Source: Elusimicrobiota bacterium
Lineage (GTDB): Bacteria; Elusimicrobiota; Elusimicrobia; UBA1565; UBA9628
Reading direction: 5' to 3'
Assembly: GCA_041662295.1 (NCBI GenBank)
Contig: JBAZSR010000002.1
Coordinates: 2,130 to 66,129, forward strand
Length of the DNA: 64,000 nt
A program made the position numbers and the translations under genes. How positions within the stretch are numbered: position 1 is the first letter of the stretch; the number at the start of each line of letters is the position of its first letter. Positions 1-10,968 of the stretch are shown here, one piece after another. A model generated the notes under the pieces. That model did no database searches and was not told the origin of the DNA. It worked only from the letters and a program-made list of their open reading frames with translations.

Positions 1-1
1 C

Positions 2-1491
<1,490 letters not shown>

Positions 1492-1495
<4 letters not shown>

Positions 1496-1830
1496 GCCGC
1501 CGGACGGCCGCCGAGGCCGCCTCCGGCGCGGCGAGCCTTCTTCCCGCGGCGCGGTCCTTCGAGCACCAGCTTCTCCTTGGCGGGCCGCGGCAGGGACTTG
1601 ATGGCCGCCTCCCGCACCAGGGCGCCCGAGCGGGTATAGCGGTCTTCCCGGTAGGCAAGTTCGACCGGCAGGTGCGTTTTGGTGTAGGCCGCGCCGCGGC
1701 CGGACCGGTGCTGGGAGAGCCGGGCGTCCACGTCCTTGGCGATGCCCGTATAGAAGGAACCGTCCCCGCAGCGCAGGATGTACACGGACCACTCCCTGGG
1801 GCCCTTGTCCATGACGAGCCCTTCGAGCAT
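1492..1830 (-). CDS. GIY-YIG nuclease family protein (YhbQ/UPF0213-like)
   Basis: WSVYILRCGDGSFYTGIAKDVDARLSQH is a GIY-YIG core. The start was moved to an internal Met (MLEGLVMDK...) because the ORF's upstream extension overlaps the neighbouring gene. Confidence 0.7.
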
Positions 1831-1853
1831 GCGGCGGTACTTGGGATGCTGGG

Positions 1854-2714
1854 TCAAGGCTTCCCCCCCCGGCAGGACGCCACGCACGCCCGTGCGAAGC
1901 GCCGCAGGGCCTCGGGCCGCTGGACCAGGAAGAGCGAGGGCTCGACGAGCTCGAGCTCCATGACCGCCAGCCTCCCGTCCGGCAGGCGCACCGTGTCCAC
2001 GCGGGCATAGAGCAGGCGGTCCGCGACGGCGCCCAGGACCTTCTCGCCGAAGGCCTTTTCCTCGTCAGAGAGGTCCAGCGCCCCTGAAACGGCCTCCCGG
2101 CTGCCGCCGAAGCGCGGGCTCTTGGCTACGCCGTGCGTGAACTCGCCCGCGATCCACACCATGGCCCGCTCGCCGTGGTCCTCCACGGAACGCAGGTACG
2201 GCTGGACCATCATGGCGCGTCCGGCCGCGTTCTCCCGGAGGAACCGCTCCCCCTCATCCATCTCCCCCGGACCGAACCTCGCGGTGGCGAAGGACGCGGC
2301 CCCCACCCGGGGCTTGACCACCATGTCGGACCAGCCGCGGCGGGACGCGAGGTCCCGGAGACCCTCCGATCCTCCCTTGGGAACGAACTCCGTGGGAACG
2401 ACCGGGATCCCCCGCGCCTCCAGGTACCTGAGGTAGCCCTTGTCCGTGTTCCAGAGCACGACGTCCAGGGGATTGAGGAGCGTCGTGACCTTGGCGACGC
2501 GCCTGGCCCAATCGAGGAACTCCCTGAGATGGTGGACGTAGTTCCAGGTGGAGCGGATGACGCAGGCGCCGAACTGGCCGTAGTCCGCATGGTCCTCCCA
2601 CGGCACCAGGAACGGCAGGGCTCCCGCGTCCCTGATGGCCTCGAGCAGGGCCCCCTGGTCCGGGTCGGGCTCGGGCAGGGTCCGGCAGGACGCCAGGGCG
2701 ATGCGCACGGGCAA
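1854..2714 (-). CDS. ATP-grasp domain protein (RimK / glutathione-synthetase-like ligase)
   Basis: 286-aa ORF with ATP-grasp-like motifs (MVVKPRVGAASF...LELELVEPSLF). TTG start inferred at 2712-2714. Confidence 0.55.
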   Translation of the reverse strand: MPVRIALASCRTLPEPDPDQGALLEAIRDAGALPFLVPWEDHADYGQFGACVIRSTWNYVHHLREFLDWARRVAKVTTLLNPLDVVLWNTDKGYLRYLEARGIPVVPTEFVPKGGSEGLRDLASRRGWSDMVVKPRVGAASFATARFGPGEMDEGERFLRENAAGRAMMVQPYLRSVEDHGERAMVWIAGEFTHGVAKSPRFGGSREAVSGALDLSDEEKAFGEKVLGAVADRLLYARVDTVRLPDGRLAVMELELVEPSLFLVQRPEALRRFARACVASCRGGKP

Positions 2715-2732
2715 ATGGTATCATACCTCGCC

Positions 2733-4106
2733 ATGAACGGACCTCATCCATCGACGAGAAAAGCCGTTCTCCTCGCCCTCTGCCTGGGCTTCTCCCGGGC
2801 CCTGGCCCTGGCCGCGGAACCGGCGCCGGCGCGCTTCACGCTCTTGACCTCCGAGGTCCTCGACGCGGCATGCTTCCTCAACGCGGTGTCCGACAACCCC
2901 AGGTTCAACGAGCCCTGGGCGGACCTGCGCGAGGAGTGGCTTCCCAAGCTCCAGGCGGACCCCGCGGTCCGGGCCGCGCTCGACCGCTGGTCCGGCCGCG
3001 GCATCCAGCTCGCCTACCTCCTCTCCAGCCTGCCCGAGACCGACCTCGGGGGCATCCTCAAGCGCTTCGACGACCCCAAGCCGCTCCTGGCCGAGATCCG
3101 GCGCAAGCTCGACGAGCCGGCTTACGGCCCGGTCCTGGCGGACCTCGAGGCCAGCCACGGCATGGTCAGGACCCTGCTGGCCTTCCTCCATAGGAACGGC
3201 TTCTCGGCCCTGCGCGCCGAGCGCTACGGCGGCCTGCTCCGCGACAACCAGCTGGCGCTCGAGCCCGTGCTCAAGCGCTTCGACGCGGCCCGTTTCGCGG
3301 ACCTGCTCGAGGCCTTCTCGGGACGCAGGATCCCGGACCGGGAGATGAGGATCGCGGTGCTCGTCTTCGCCTCCCCCATGAGCTTCCAACTCAACGGCTT
3401 CAGCATAGGCTGGGGGACGCAGAAGGGCTCCCTGGACTGGCTCCTCGCGCACGAGTTCATGCACAAGCTCAATCCCTCCAGGGAGAACCTCGCGGCGCAG
3501 AAGCGCCTGGCCGGGGCCGATCCCCTCTACAAAGAGGCCTGGGACCGGGTCTACGGCGAGTTCAACGAAGGCAAGGAAGAGGAGTTCGTGGACGCCGCCA
3601 GCCGCTTCGCCCTGCTGGAGCTCGGCCTGGCCTCGCCGGTGCGCAACCTGCGCTCCATGAAGTTCCTCTACTTCTCCCAGAAGACCGGCAAGGGCGGCGT
3701 TCCCCTGGCCGCCGTGCTCTATGACGGCCTGGCCGCGGGCAAGGACCAGCAGAAGGGGCTGGGCTACGACCGCTTCATCGCCGCCGCGTTCTCCTCCGGA
3801 GGCCTCAGGCCCGGCCGCTTCGAGGAAGCCTACCGCAAGGCCATCAAGCCCGTCTCGGGGATGGCCGGCATGGTCCTCAAGGGGGAATCCTCCGGCGCCC
3901 GTGTGGAGAAGGTCTTCGAGGGCTTCCCGGCCGCCGGGGCCGGCATCAAGGCCGGAGACCTGCTGGTCTCGGCCCGAGGCGCGAGACTCGCGGGCAAGGA
4001 CCTCGACTCCATGCTCGACGCCCTGGCAGGCGAGTCCGGCAGTCAGGTCGAGGTCGTGGTCAAGGGGCTCCTCGTCGACCGGAAGGCCGTCCTGACCCTC
4101 AGGTGA
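2733..4106 (+). CDS. Secreted putative zinc metalloprotease (HEFMH motif) with C-terminal PDZ domain
   Basis: Signal peptide MNGPHPSTRKAVLLALCLGFSRALALA, an HExxH motif (LLAHEFMHKL), and a C-terminal PDZ-like segment GIKAGDLLVSARG...VEVVVKG. The low-complexity upstream part of the 657-aa ORF was trimmed. Confidence 0.5.
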   Translation: MNGPHPSTRKAVLLALCLGFSRALALAAEPAPARFTLLTSEVLDAACFLNAVSDNPRFNEPWADLREEWLPKLQADPAVRAALDRWSGRGIQLAYLLSSLPETDLGGILKRFDDPKPLLAEIRRKLDEPAYGPVLADLEASHGMVRTLLAFLHRNGFSALRAERYGGLLRDNQLALEPVLKRFDAARFADLLEAFSGRRIPDREMRIAVLVFASPMSFQLNGFSIGWGTQKGSLDWLLAHEFMHKLNPSRENLAAQKRLAGADPLYKEAWDRVYGEFNEGKEEEFVDAASRFALLELGLASPVRNLRSMKFLYFSQKTGKGGVPLAAVLYDGLAAGKDQQKGLGYDRFIAAAFSSGGLRPGRFEEAYRKAIKPVSGMAGMVLKGESSGARVEKVFEGFPAAGAGIKAGDLLVSARGARLAGKDLDSMLDALAGESGSQVEVVVKGLLVDRKAVLTLR

Positions 4107-4109
4107 CGC

Positions 4110-5666
4110 TCAGGGCGCGATGGTGCCGACCTCGAGCCGGCAGCCCGGGCCCGCCTTGTCCGTGAAGACCACGTTCCAGGAAGTGTTCCTCTGCCTGCAG
4201 GCCACGACGCGGCCAGGCAGGGTCACTTTGAAGACCACCGTGTCCCCTGGCCGAGCCTCGATGCCGCCGGAAGCGGTGGGGCCCTCCGCGGCCCGGGAGC
4301 CGCGGACCCCGGTCCCGGACACGCTCCAGGACACAGCGGCCGGGAATCTCCGGGTCTCGGCGCAGTGCCCGGGAAGAGGCTTGTCGCTCGGCGGCAAGGA
4401 CGCCAGGGTCAGGCGGTAGCCGACGCGCCCCTGCTTCTCGACCCGGAATTCCTGGGTCCAGCCCGTCCTCTCCTCGACGCGATCGCGCGCTTTCTCATCG
4501 TCCGTCGTGAGGATCTCCCCGGACGAGGAGACCTCGAACGAGCGGGCGTCGGCCAGCTCGAGGCCGGTGGCCGCGGCCTCGGGCTTTTTCGCGGAGCGCG
4601 GCAGGTCCACCCTGACCTTGGCGCGCTCCTGGCGCACGACCACGCTCATGCGCCGCGTCTCGTGCCCCGGAGCCGAGGCCACGAGCAGGTACTCGCCCGG
4701 CGGGAGATCCTCGAAGAAGAGGATGCCGTCGCCCGAAAGCCTCCGCGCCACGGGCCCGGCCAGGGTGACCGACGCGCCCGCGACCCCCGTTCCCCAGTAG
4801 CCGGGCTCGGAGACCTCGACCGAGAGGAGCTGCCGGGTCCGCAAGCCCCTCTCGGCGGCGCGGATGCGGCGGACCACCTCCTTCTGCGTCCACATGCCGG
4901 AATGGTCCCCGAGGCCCGTCCATCCGTCGACCTCGACCTCCAGGTTCTCGTCCGCGCCGGCCAGCTTCCAGGAGTGGGCGGCCACAGGGTCATCCCGGTC
5001 ATAGACATTGGTCCAGCGGTCCACCACGGGAGGCTTCTCCGCGCCGACGCCGACGCCCATCTGGCTCAGCGTCATCGCAAGGGGTCCTTCCGGAGTGTCG
5101 CGCCCCAGGGGAGAACCCAGGGTGAACCAGTGGGCCACACGGACAGGGTCGTGGACGCCCCTGGCCCGCAGGGCGGATTCGAGCCCGTCCCGGTCTCCTT
5201 GGGGGGTCGTGCCCCCTCCGACGGCGAGCTTGGCCATCACCGTGCCCCAGGAATGGGAGACGATGATGACGGGACGGTCCTTGTTCTCGGGCCGGGAGAG
5301 GACGTCGGCGAGTTGTTCCTGGACGCTGCCGCTCCACTCCCCAGCGCGCTGGGCGAAGTCCGAGAAGGACATGCCTTCGGTGCGCCCCTCGTAGCGGAAG
5401 GAGATCTCGTGCACCGGCCCGATCCCCCACTCCTTGGCGTCCGCGTCGGACCAGCCCGGGGCGCGGTCGCCGCCGCCGATGCCGTGCACCACGATGACGA
5501 GGGGGCGGGTCTCTCCCTCCAGGGGCTCCCCCCCTTTTTTGCGGCCGGCCTCCCGGGCCGCCTCCTCGAGGAGCATACCCTTGACGTCGACCTGCGCCAG
5601 GGCCGGGCCCGCCGTGAAGGCCAGCGCCGAGGCAACGGCCAGGACCGCCAGCCCCAGCCCGGCCAT
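4110..5666 (-). CDS. Secreted alpha/beta-hydrolase (lipase/esterase-like, SHSWG nucleophile elbow) with carboxypeptidase-regulatory-like beta-sandwich domain
   Basis: Start ATG at 5664-5666, only 2 bp after the helicase stop. Signal peptide MAGLGLAVLAVASALAFTAGPALAQ. Motifs VIIVSHSWGT and GILFFEDLPPGEYLLVASAPGHETRRMSVVV. The rest of the 941-aa ORF is a different-frame artefact. Confidence 0.6.
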   Translation of the reverse strand: MAGLGLAVLAVASALAFTAGPALAQVDVKGMLLEEAAREAGRKKGGEPLEGETRPLVIVVHGIGGGDRAPGWSDADAKEWGIGPVHEISFRYEGRTEGMSFSDFAQRAGEWSGSVQEQLADVLSRPENKDRPVIIVSHSWGTVMAKLAVGGGTTPQGDRDGLESALRARGVHDPVRVAHWFTLGSPLGRDTPEGPLAMTLSQMGVGVGAEKPPVVDRWTNVYDRDDPVAAHSWKLAGADENLEVEVDGWTGLGDHSGMWTQKEVVRRIRAAERGLRTRQLLSVEVSEPGYWGTGVAGASVTLAGPVARRLSGDGILFFEDLPPGEYLLVASAPGHETRRMSVVVRQERAKVRVDLPRSAKKPEAAATGLELADARSFEVSSSGEILTTDDEKARDRVEERTGWTQEFRVEKQGRVGYRLTLASLPPSDKPLPGHCAETRRFPAAVSWSVSGTGVRGSRAAEGPTASGGIEARPGDTVVFKVTLPGRVVACRQRNTSWNVVFTDKAGPGCRLEVGTIAP

Positions 5667-5668
5667 GG

Positions 5669-6889
5669 TCAGCGCCGCTTGCGGTAGAGACGGGCCATCC
5701 GGGCCCGGCCCCAGTTGAGGTCCTTGAAGGTCTTGGGCCGCGGCGGGGTCAGCTGGGGCGCCACGGTGTACTTGAAGTCCGGCAGCATGGCCCGCGGGAA
5801 CGTGATGCCGATGTAGCGCTCGATCGCGGTGAGGTACGGCTGCTCGTCCGGCGCCATCAGGGTGATGGCGTCGCCCGCGCCGTAGGCCCGGGCCGTGCGG
5901 CCCACGCGGTGGATGTAGTCCTCCGGGTGCTGGGGCAGGTCGTAGTTGATGACGTGGCTGATCTCCTTGACGTCGATGCCGCGCGCGGCGATGTCCGTGG
6001 CCACGAGGATGCGCGTGCGGCCGGAGCGGAAGCTGTCCATGGCCTGGTTGCGCTGGCCCTGGGTGCGGTCCGCGTGGATGACGCCCACGGAGAAGCCCTC
6101 GGTCTTCAGGCGCCCCGAGAGGCGGTCGGCCCCGTGCTTGGTCCGGGAGAACACCAGCCCCGAGCGGATCTGCGTGGACTCCAGCAGCGCGATGAGGAGC
6201 TGGGTCTTCTGCGTCTGCATCACCGGGTAGACGACCTGGCTGATGCCCTCGGCCACGGAAGTCGGGCGGGAGACCTCGACGCGCACCGGGTCGCGCAGGG
6301 CGAAGGCCGCGATCCGCTCGATCTCGGGGCCGAGCGTGGCGGAGAACATGAGGGTCTGCCGCCGGCTGGGCAGGCGGCCGATGATGTCGCGGATGTCGGG
6401 CAGGAAGCCCATGTCGAGCATGCGGTCCGCCTCGTCGAGGATCAGCAGTTCCAGCCGGTCGAGGCTCACGCTCTTCTGCCACAGGTGGTCGAGGAGGCGC
6501 CCCGGGGTCGCGATCACGACCTGCGCGCCCTCGTGGAACGACTTGCGCTGGTCCCCGTAGCCCACGCCGCCGATGACCACGGAGGTCTGGAAGCGGACGA
6601 ACTGCCCCAGGGACCGGAACTCCTTGTCCACCTGGAGCGCGAGCTCGCGCGTGGGGACGATCGCCAGGATGTGCACCCCGTGCAGGCTGCGCCCGAGGAT
6701 GCGCTGGAGCGCGGGCAGGGCGAAGGCCGCGGTCTTGCCGCTGCCGGTCTGGGCGCAGCCCATGATGTCCTTGCCCTGGAGGGCGATCGGGATGGTCTCG
6801 GTCTGGATCGGCGTGGGAGCCGTGAAATCCATGGCGTTGACCCCGCGCACGAGGTCGTTGTGCAGGCCCAGCTGAGTGAACGGCATCAT
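5669..6889 (-). CDS. DEAD-box ATP-dependent RNA helicase
   Basis: Q-motif (TPIQ), Walker A (AQTGSGKT), DEAD box (LDEAD), SAT and HRVGRTAR motifs. 406 aa. Confidence 0.9.
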   Translation of the reverse strand: MMPFTQLGLHNDLVRGVNAMDFTAPTPIQTETIPIALQGKDIMGCAQTGSGKTAAFALPALQRILGRSLHGVHILAIVPTRELALQVDKEFRSLGQFVRFQTSVVIGGVGYGDQRKSFHEGAQVVIATPGRLLDHLWQKSVSLDRLELLILDEADRMLDMGFLPDIRDIIGRLPSRRQTLMFSATLGPEIERIAAFALRDPVRVEVSRPTSVAEGISQVVYPVMQTQKTQLLIALLESTQIRSGLVFSRTKHGADRLSGRLKTEGFSVGVIHADRTQGQRNQAMDSFRSGRTRILVATDIAARGIDVKEISHVINYDLPQHPEDYIHRVGRTARAYGAGDAITLMAPDEQPYLTAIERYIGITFPRAMLPDFKYTVAPQLTPPRPKTFKDLNWGRARMARLYRKRR

Positions 6890-7033
6890 TCCTCCGAGAG
6901 ATTCCGGCGATGGGGGCGCGGTGCGACCGGTCCATTATACCAGTTTCCGTCCCGCCGTCCCTCCTCCGCGCCCCGAGAGTCCTGACGGGACGGCCCCCAT
7001 CATGGTATCATAGGGGGCGGAGGAAGCGCCCCC

Positions 7034-8236
7034 ATGACCGACTACACGCCCGAAGAATCTCAGGAAGAGACCGAGGATTTCGCCAAGCTTTTCGAAACCA
7101 GCTTCAAGGAGCCCGAGCGGCTCAAGCCCGGCCAGATGATCGAGGCCCTGGTGGTCAAGATCACGCCCGAGTGGATCTTCCTCGACGTCGGCCGCAAGGG
7201 CGAGGGCTACCTCGACCGCAAGGAGCTCGCGGACTCCGAGGGCAACATCCCGGTCAAGGAGGGCGACAAGGTCTGCGCCTACTACCTGCCGGGCAAGGGC
7301 AGCGAGATGCACTTCACGACCCGCATCGGCTCCGGCCCCGTGGGCCATTCCCAGCTCATGAACGCCTTCAAGAGCGGCATGCCCGTGGAGGGCACGGTCT
7401 CCAAGGAGATCAAGGGCGGCTTCGAGATCCGCGTCGGCAGCATCCGCGCCTTCTGCCCCTTCTCGCAGATGGGCCTGCGCCGCGAGGACGATCGCGCCTC
7501 CATGATCAACCAGACCCTGGTCTTCAAGATCACGGAATGCGGCGACCGCAACGTCGTGCTCTCGCGCAAGGCCATGGTGGAGGCCGATCGCAAGACCCAG
7601 GCCGCGGCCCTGCGCGAGACCCTGCAGGAAGGCATGCGGGTCCAGGGGACCGTCACCTCCATCCAGAAATTCGGCGCCTTCCTCGACATCGGCGGCATCG
7701 AGGGGCTCATCCCCGTCTCCGAGCTCGCCTTCAGCCGAGTCGAGAAGGTCGAGGACAAGCTCGCGGTCGGCCAGACCGTTGAGGTCGTCATCAAGCGGAT
7801 CGACTGGGAGAACAACAAGATCTCCTTCAGCCTCAAGGACACCCTCCCCGACCCCTGGGAACGCGCGGCCGAGCTCTGGCCCATCGGGACCTACCACTTC
7901 GGCACGGTCTCGCGCCTGGCCCCCTTCGGCGCCTTCGTCACCATGGGCGCGGGCATCGACGGCCTCATCCACATCTCCAAGCTCGGCGCCGGCCGACGCG
8001 TCGGCCACCCCAGGGAGGTCCTTAAGGAAGGCCAGCGCGTAGAGGTGCGCGTGGAAGGCGTCGACACCGCGGCCAAGAAGCTCTCGCTGTCCCTGGCGGA
8101 GGTGAGCCGCGCCCAGGAGGAGGAAGAGGAATCCCTCAAGGTCTACCGTCAGAGGGCCGAGAACTCCACCGGGGGCCTGGGCACCCTCGGCGACCTCCTG
8201 AAGGGCCAGCAGGGCTCCCGAGACGACGAGTCCTGA
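7034..8236 (+). CDS. rpsA: 30S ribosomal protein S1 (short form with four S1 domains)
   Basis: Acidic N-terminus (FAKLFETSF) followed by four S1 RNA-binding repeats. 400 aa. Confidence 0.8.
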   Translation: MTDYTPEESQEETEDFAKLFETSFKEPERLKPGQMIEALVVKITPEWIFLDVGRKGEGYLDRKELADSEGNIPVKEGDKVCAYYLPGKGSEMHFTTRIGSGPVGHSQLMNAFKSGMPVEGTVSKEIKGGFEIRVGSIRAFCPFSQMGLRREDDRASMINQTLVFKITECGDRNVVLSRKAMVEADRKTQAAALRETLQEGMRVQGTVTSIQKFGAFLDIGGIEGLIPVSELAFSRVEKVEDKLAVGQTVEVVIKRIDWENNKISFSLKDTLPDPWERAAELWPIGTYHFGTVSRLAPFGAFVTMGAGIDGLIHISKLGAGRRVGHPREVLKEGQRVEVRVEGVDTAAKKLSLSLAEVSRAQEEEEESLKVYRQRAENSTGGLGTLGDLLKGQQGSRDDES

Positions 8237-8271
8237 TCCGTCTTAGCCGCGGCTTCCAGAGGAGGTCCTCC

Positions 8272-10899
8272 ATGACCCGCCCACGACGTTCGATCGCATC
8301 CCTCCTCTTAGCCGCCGCCCTGACCCTCTCCGGACGGCCTGCGCCTGCCCAGGAGTGGCCCGACCTCTCCGCGCCGGCCCGGCCGGTGGGAGGCGGGGCC
8401 GGCGATGCGGCCGTCATCGTCGGCATCGAGGACTACGCGTTCGTGCCCGACGTCCCGGGAGCAGAGGCCAATGCCAAGGCCTGGTTCGACTACCTGACCG
8501 CGACCCGGGGCACCCCCCCGCAGAACATCAGGCTCCTGACAGGCATGGACGCCACCCGCGACGAGATCCTCGACGCGGTCCATGCGGCCGCCGCCAAAGC
8601 CGGCCCATCCGCCGCCCTCTGGTTCGTGTTCGTGGGCCACGGCGCGCCGGCCAAGGACGGCAAGGACGGCCTCCTGGTGGCCGTCGACGCCCAGCAGAAG
8701 GCCAAGAGCCTCGAACGCTACAGCCTGCGCCGCGGCGAGCTTCTCAAGGCGCTGAGCCTTTCCAAAGCCGGCTCCATCCAGGTCATCCTGGACGCCTGCT
8801 TCTCCGGGCGCGTGGAGGGCGGCGGCTCGCTCGCCCCGGGCCTGCAGCCCCTGGTGGCCGTGGCCGCGGCCGGCGCCTCCGACCCTAGGATGTCCGTGCT
8901 CACCGCGGCCAAGGGCGACCAGTTCGCGGGCGCCCTTCCCGGCGAAGATAGGCCGGCCTTCAGCTACCTGGTCCTGGGCGGCTTGCGGGGCTGGGCCGCC
9001 AAGGGGACGATCACGGCCAAGGACCTCTGGCGCTACGCCTCGGACGCGCTCGAAGCGACCCTGCGCGGCCGCGACCAGACCCCGGAGCTCACGGGCGCCG
9101 GGGACGCCCCGATCGCGGCCTCCCCTGGAGAGCAGGGGCCCGACCTGGCCGGCCTCTCCAAGGCCACGGCAGGCGGCGCCGCCACCGAGATGTTCCGGGT
9201 ATCGGCCCTTCCCAGCGTGCCCCGGGCGGAGGCGCCCAAGGCCCTGTCCGCCGACACAGCGGGCCTGGATTTCCGGGGTGTCGATGTCGCGGCTCTGCGG
9301 CTCTACGAACACGCCCTGGAGGCGGACAAGGGCGAGGACCCTCCGCAGAGCAAGGCGGAGGTCTGGAGGAGCCTCTCCCAACAGGCCCCGAAGTTCTCCG
9401 GAATCGCCGACAAGCGGGCGTCCGCGTGGGAGGACTACGCGAGCCAGCGCAAGGCAGCGGCCGAGGCGCGGGACAAGGCGCTCAAGGCCAGGGATGAGGA
9501 CTGGGCGAAGCTCTCGGACCTCCTCGACCTGAAAGTCGTCTCGGATGAGGAGAAGAAGCGCTGGGCAGTCCAATTCGCGCAAGCCTACTCCGGCTCCACC
9601 GGGCTCACCGCCTCGATGTCGCTCAAGCTCCTGCCGCTTGCGCCCGTCATCCGGCTCATGACCATGGCCTGCGACTCCGGCCAGTCCGCGGCCTGCACCG
9701 GGCTCGCCGTGTGCCACCTGCTGGGCAACGGCGTCCCGGAAAACAAGGCCAAGGCCGAAACCCTGTACCGGAAGGCCTGCGGCCTCGGCGATGCCCAAGG
9801 CTGCAACGACCTGGCGGACTCCCTCCGCAACCGCGACAGCGGCGGCCTGGAAGCGGAGGCCTCGGGGTTCTACCGCAAGGCTTGCGAAGGGGACTTCGGA
9901 CTCGGGTGCGCCAATCTCGCCTATATGCGGGAGGACGGCATCGGCGTGGACAAGGACGAGTCCCTGGCCGCGAAGACCCAGGCCCGGGCCTGCGGCCTCG
10001 GCTACCACGACTCCTGCGTCTCGGCCGGGATCATGCACGAGTTCGGCAAGGGCGTCCCCAAGGATGAGGCTCGGGCCGCGGAACTCTACCGCCAGGCCTG
10101 CGAAGCCGGAGTCGGGCGCGGCTGCACCAGCCTCGGCGTCATGCACGAGAACGGCAAGGGAATGCGCCTGGACCCTGCGCACGCGGCGGCGCTCTACCTC
10201 AAAGCCTGCGAGACCCTGGCCGATCACCGGGGCTGCTCTTTCCTCGGGGCCCTGCATCTGAGGGGAAAGGGCGTCGAGAAGGACGACGCCAAGGCGCTGG
10301 CGCTCTACGGCAAGGCCTGCGACAACGGATTCTGGGAGGGCTGCGTCAACCTCGGCGTCATGTTCGAGAACGGTTCCGGGACGGCCAAGGACATGGCCAA
10401 AGCCGCGGGAGCCTACCGCCAGGCCTGTGACGGAGGCCATCAACCGGGCTGCGCGGCTTTGGGCATCATGCACCAATACGGCAGAGGCGTGGCCAAGGAC
10501 CCCGCGAAGGCGGCCGGGCTCTTCCGCAAGGCCTGCGACCTCGGCAGCAACGAGGGCTGCTCCAACCTGGGAGGCTGCTACGCGAACGGGGAAGGGGTGG
10601 TCAAGGACCTGCCCAAAGCCGCCGCGCTCCTCGGCAAGTCATGCGAAGCCGGCTATCAACCCGGGTGCGTCAATCTCGGGACCATGCTGCTCAACGGCTT
10701 CGGGATCACGAAGGACGAGGCCAGGGCCATCGAGCTCTACCGCAAGGCATGCGACGCGGACATCGGCCACGGCTGCTTCAACCTGGCCGCGTCCTACGAC
10801 AACGGCCAAGGCGTGCCCCAAGACGGGGCCAAGGCGGCTCCGCTCTACAAGCGGGCGTGCGGCCTGGGCTTTTCCATGGCCTGCATGTGGGCCCGCTGA
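8272..10899 (+). CDS. Secreted caspase-like (peptidase C14) protein fused to about 12 Hcp-type Cys-containing Sel1 repeats
   Basis: Signal peptide. A caspase His-Cys dyad context (WFVFVGHG ... ILDACFSG). The C-terminal half repeats KAAxLYRKACDxGxxxGCxNLGxMYxNGxGVxKD. Confidence 0.75.
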   Translation: MTRPRRSIASLLLAAALTLSGRPAPAQEWPDLSAPARPVGGGAGDAAVIVGIEDYAFVPDVPGAEANAKAWFDYLTATRGTPPQNIRLLTGMDATRDEILDAVHAAAAKAGPSAALWFVFVGHGAPAKDGKDGLLVAVDAQQKAKSLERYSLRRGELLKALSLSKAGSIQVILDACFSGRVEGGGSLAPGLQPLVAVAAAGASDPRMSVLTAAKGDQFAGALPGEDRPAFSYLVLGGLRGWAAKGTITAKDLWRYASDALEATLRGRDQTPELTGAGDAPIAASPGEQGPDLAGLSKATAGGAATEMFRVSALPSVPRAEAPKALSADTAGLDFRGVDVAALRLYEHALEADKGEDPPQSKAEVWRSLSQQAPKFSGIADKRASAWEDYASQRKAAAEARDKALKARDEDWAKLSDLLDLKVVSDEEKKRWAVQFAQAYSGSTGLTASMSLKLLPLAPVIRLMTMACDSGQSAACTGLAVCHLLGNGVPENKAKAETLYRKACGLGDAQGCNDLADSLRNRDSGGLEAEASGFYRKACEGDFGLGCANLAYMREDGIGVDKDESLAAKTQARACGLGYHDSCVSAGIMHEFGKGVPKDEARAAELYRQACEAGVGRGCTSLGVMHENGKGMRLDPAHAAALYLKACETLADHRGCSFLGALHLRGKGVEKDDAKALALYGKACDNGFWEGCVNLGVMFENGSGTAKDMAKAAGAYRQACDGGHQPGCAALGIMHQYGRGVAKDPAKAAGLFRKACDLGSNEGCSNLGGCYANGEGVVKDLPKAAALLGKSCEAGYQPGCVNLGTMLLNGFGITKDEARAIELYRKACDADIGHGCFNLAASYDNGQGVPQDGAKAAPLYKRACGLGFSMACMWAR

Positions 10900-10968
10900 C
10901 GCCGAGAGCCTTGCCCGGCTAACCGCGAAGGGCGGAGCCAGCCTTAAAGGCTGCAGCGGCCTTCTGAG

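Noticed and set aside
2133-2732. Upstream 200 codons of the 657-aa ORF (and similar N-terminal extensions of the ORFs at 4110-6935, 35243-36901, 44900-47209, 46105-48021 and 38066-41512)
   Set aside because: These extensions are low-complexity (Pro/Arg/Gly) and overlap neighbouring genes. In each case a signal peptide or canonical N-terminus begins at an internal start codon.
6935-8008. 357-aa minus-strand ORF opposite rpsA
   Set aside because: It is entirely antisense to a strongly supported S1 gene. It is low-complexity Gly/Ala/Asp-rich, typical of spurious ORFs in 70%-GC DNA.
8308-10476. 722-aa minus-strand ORF opposite the caspase-Sel1 gene
   Set aside because: It is antisense to a gene with clear repeats and motifs. 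It is Arg/Gly/Ala-rich with no motifs.
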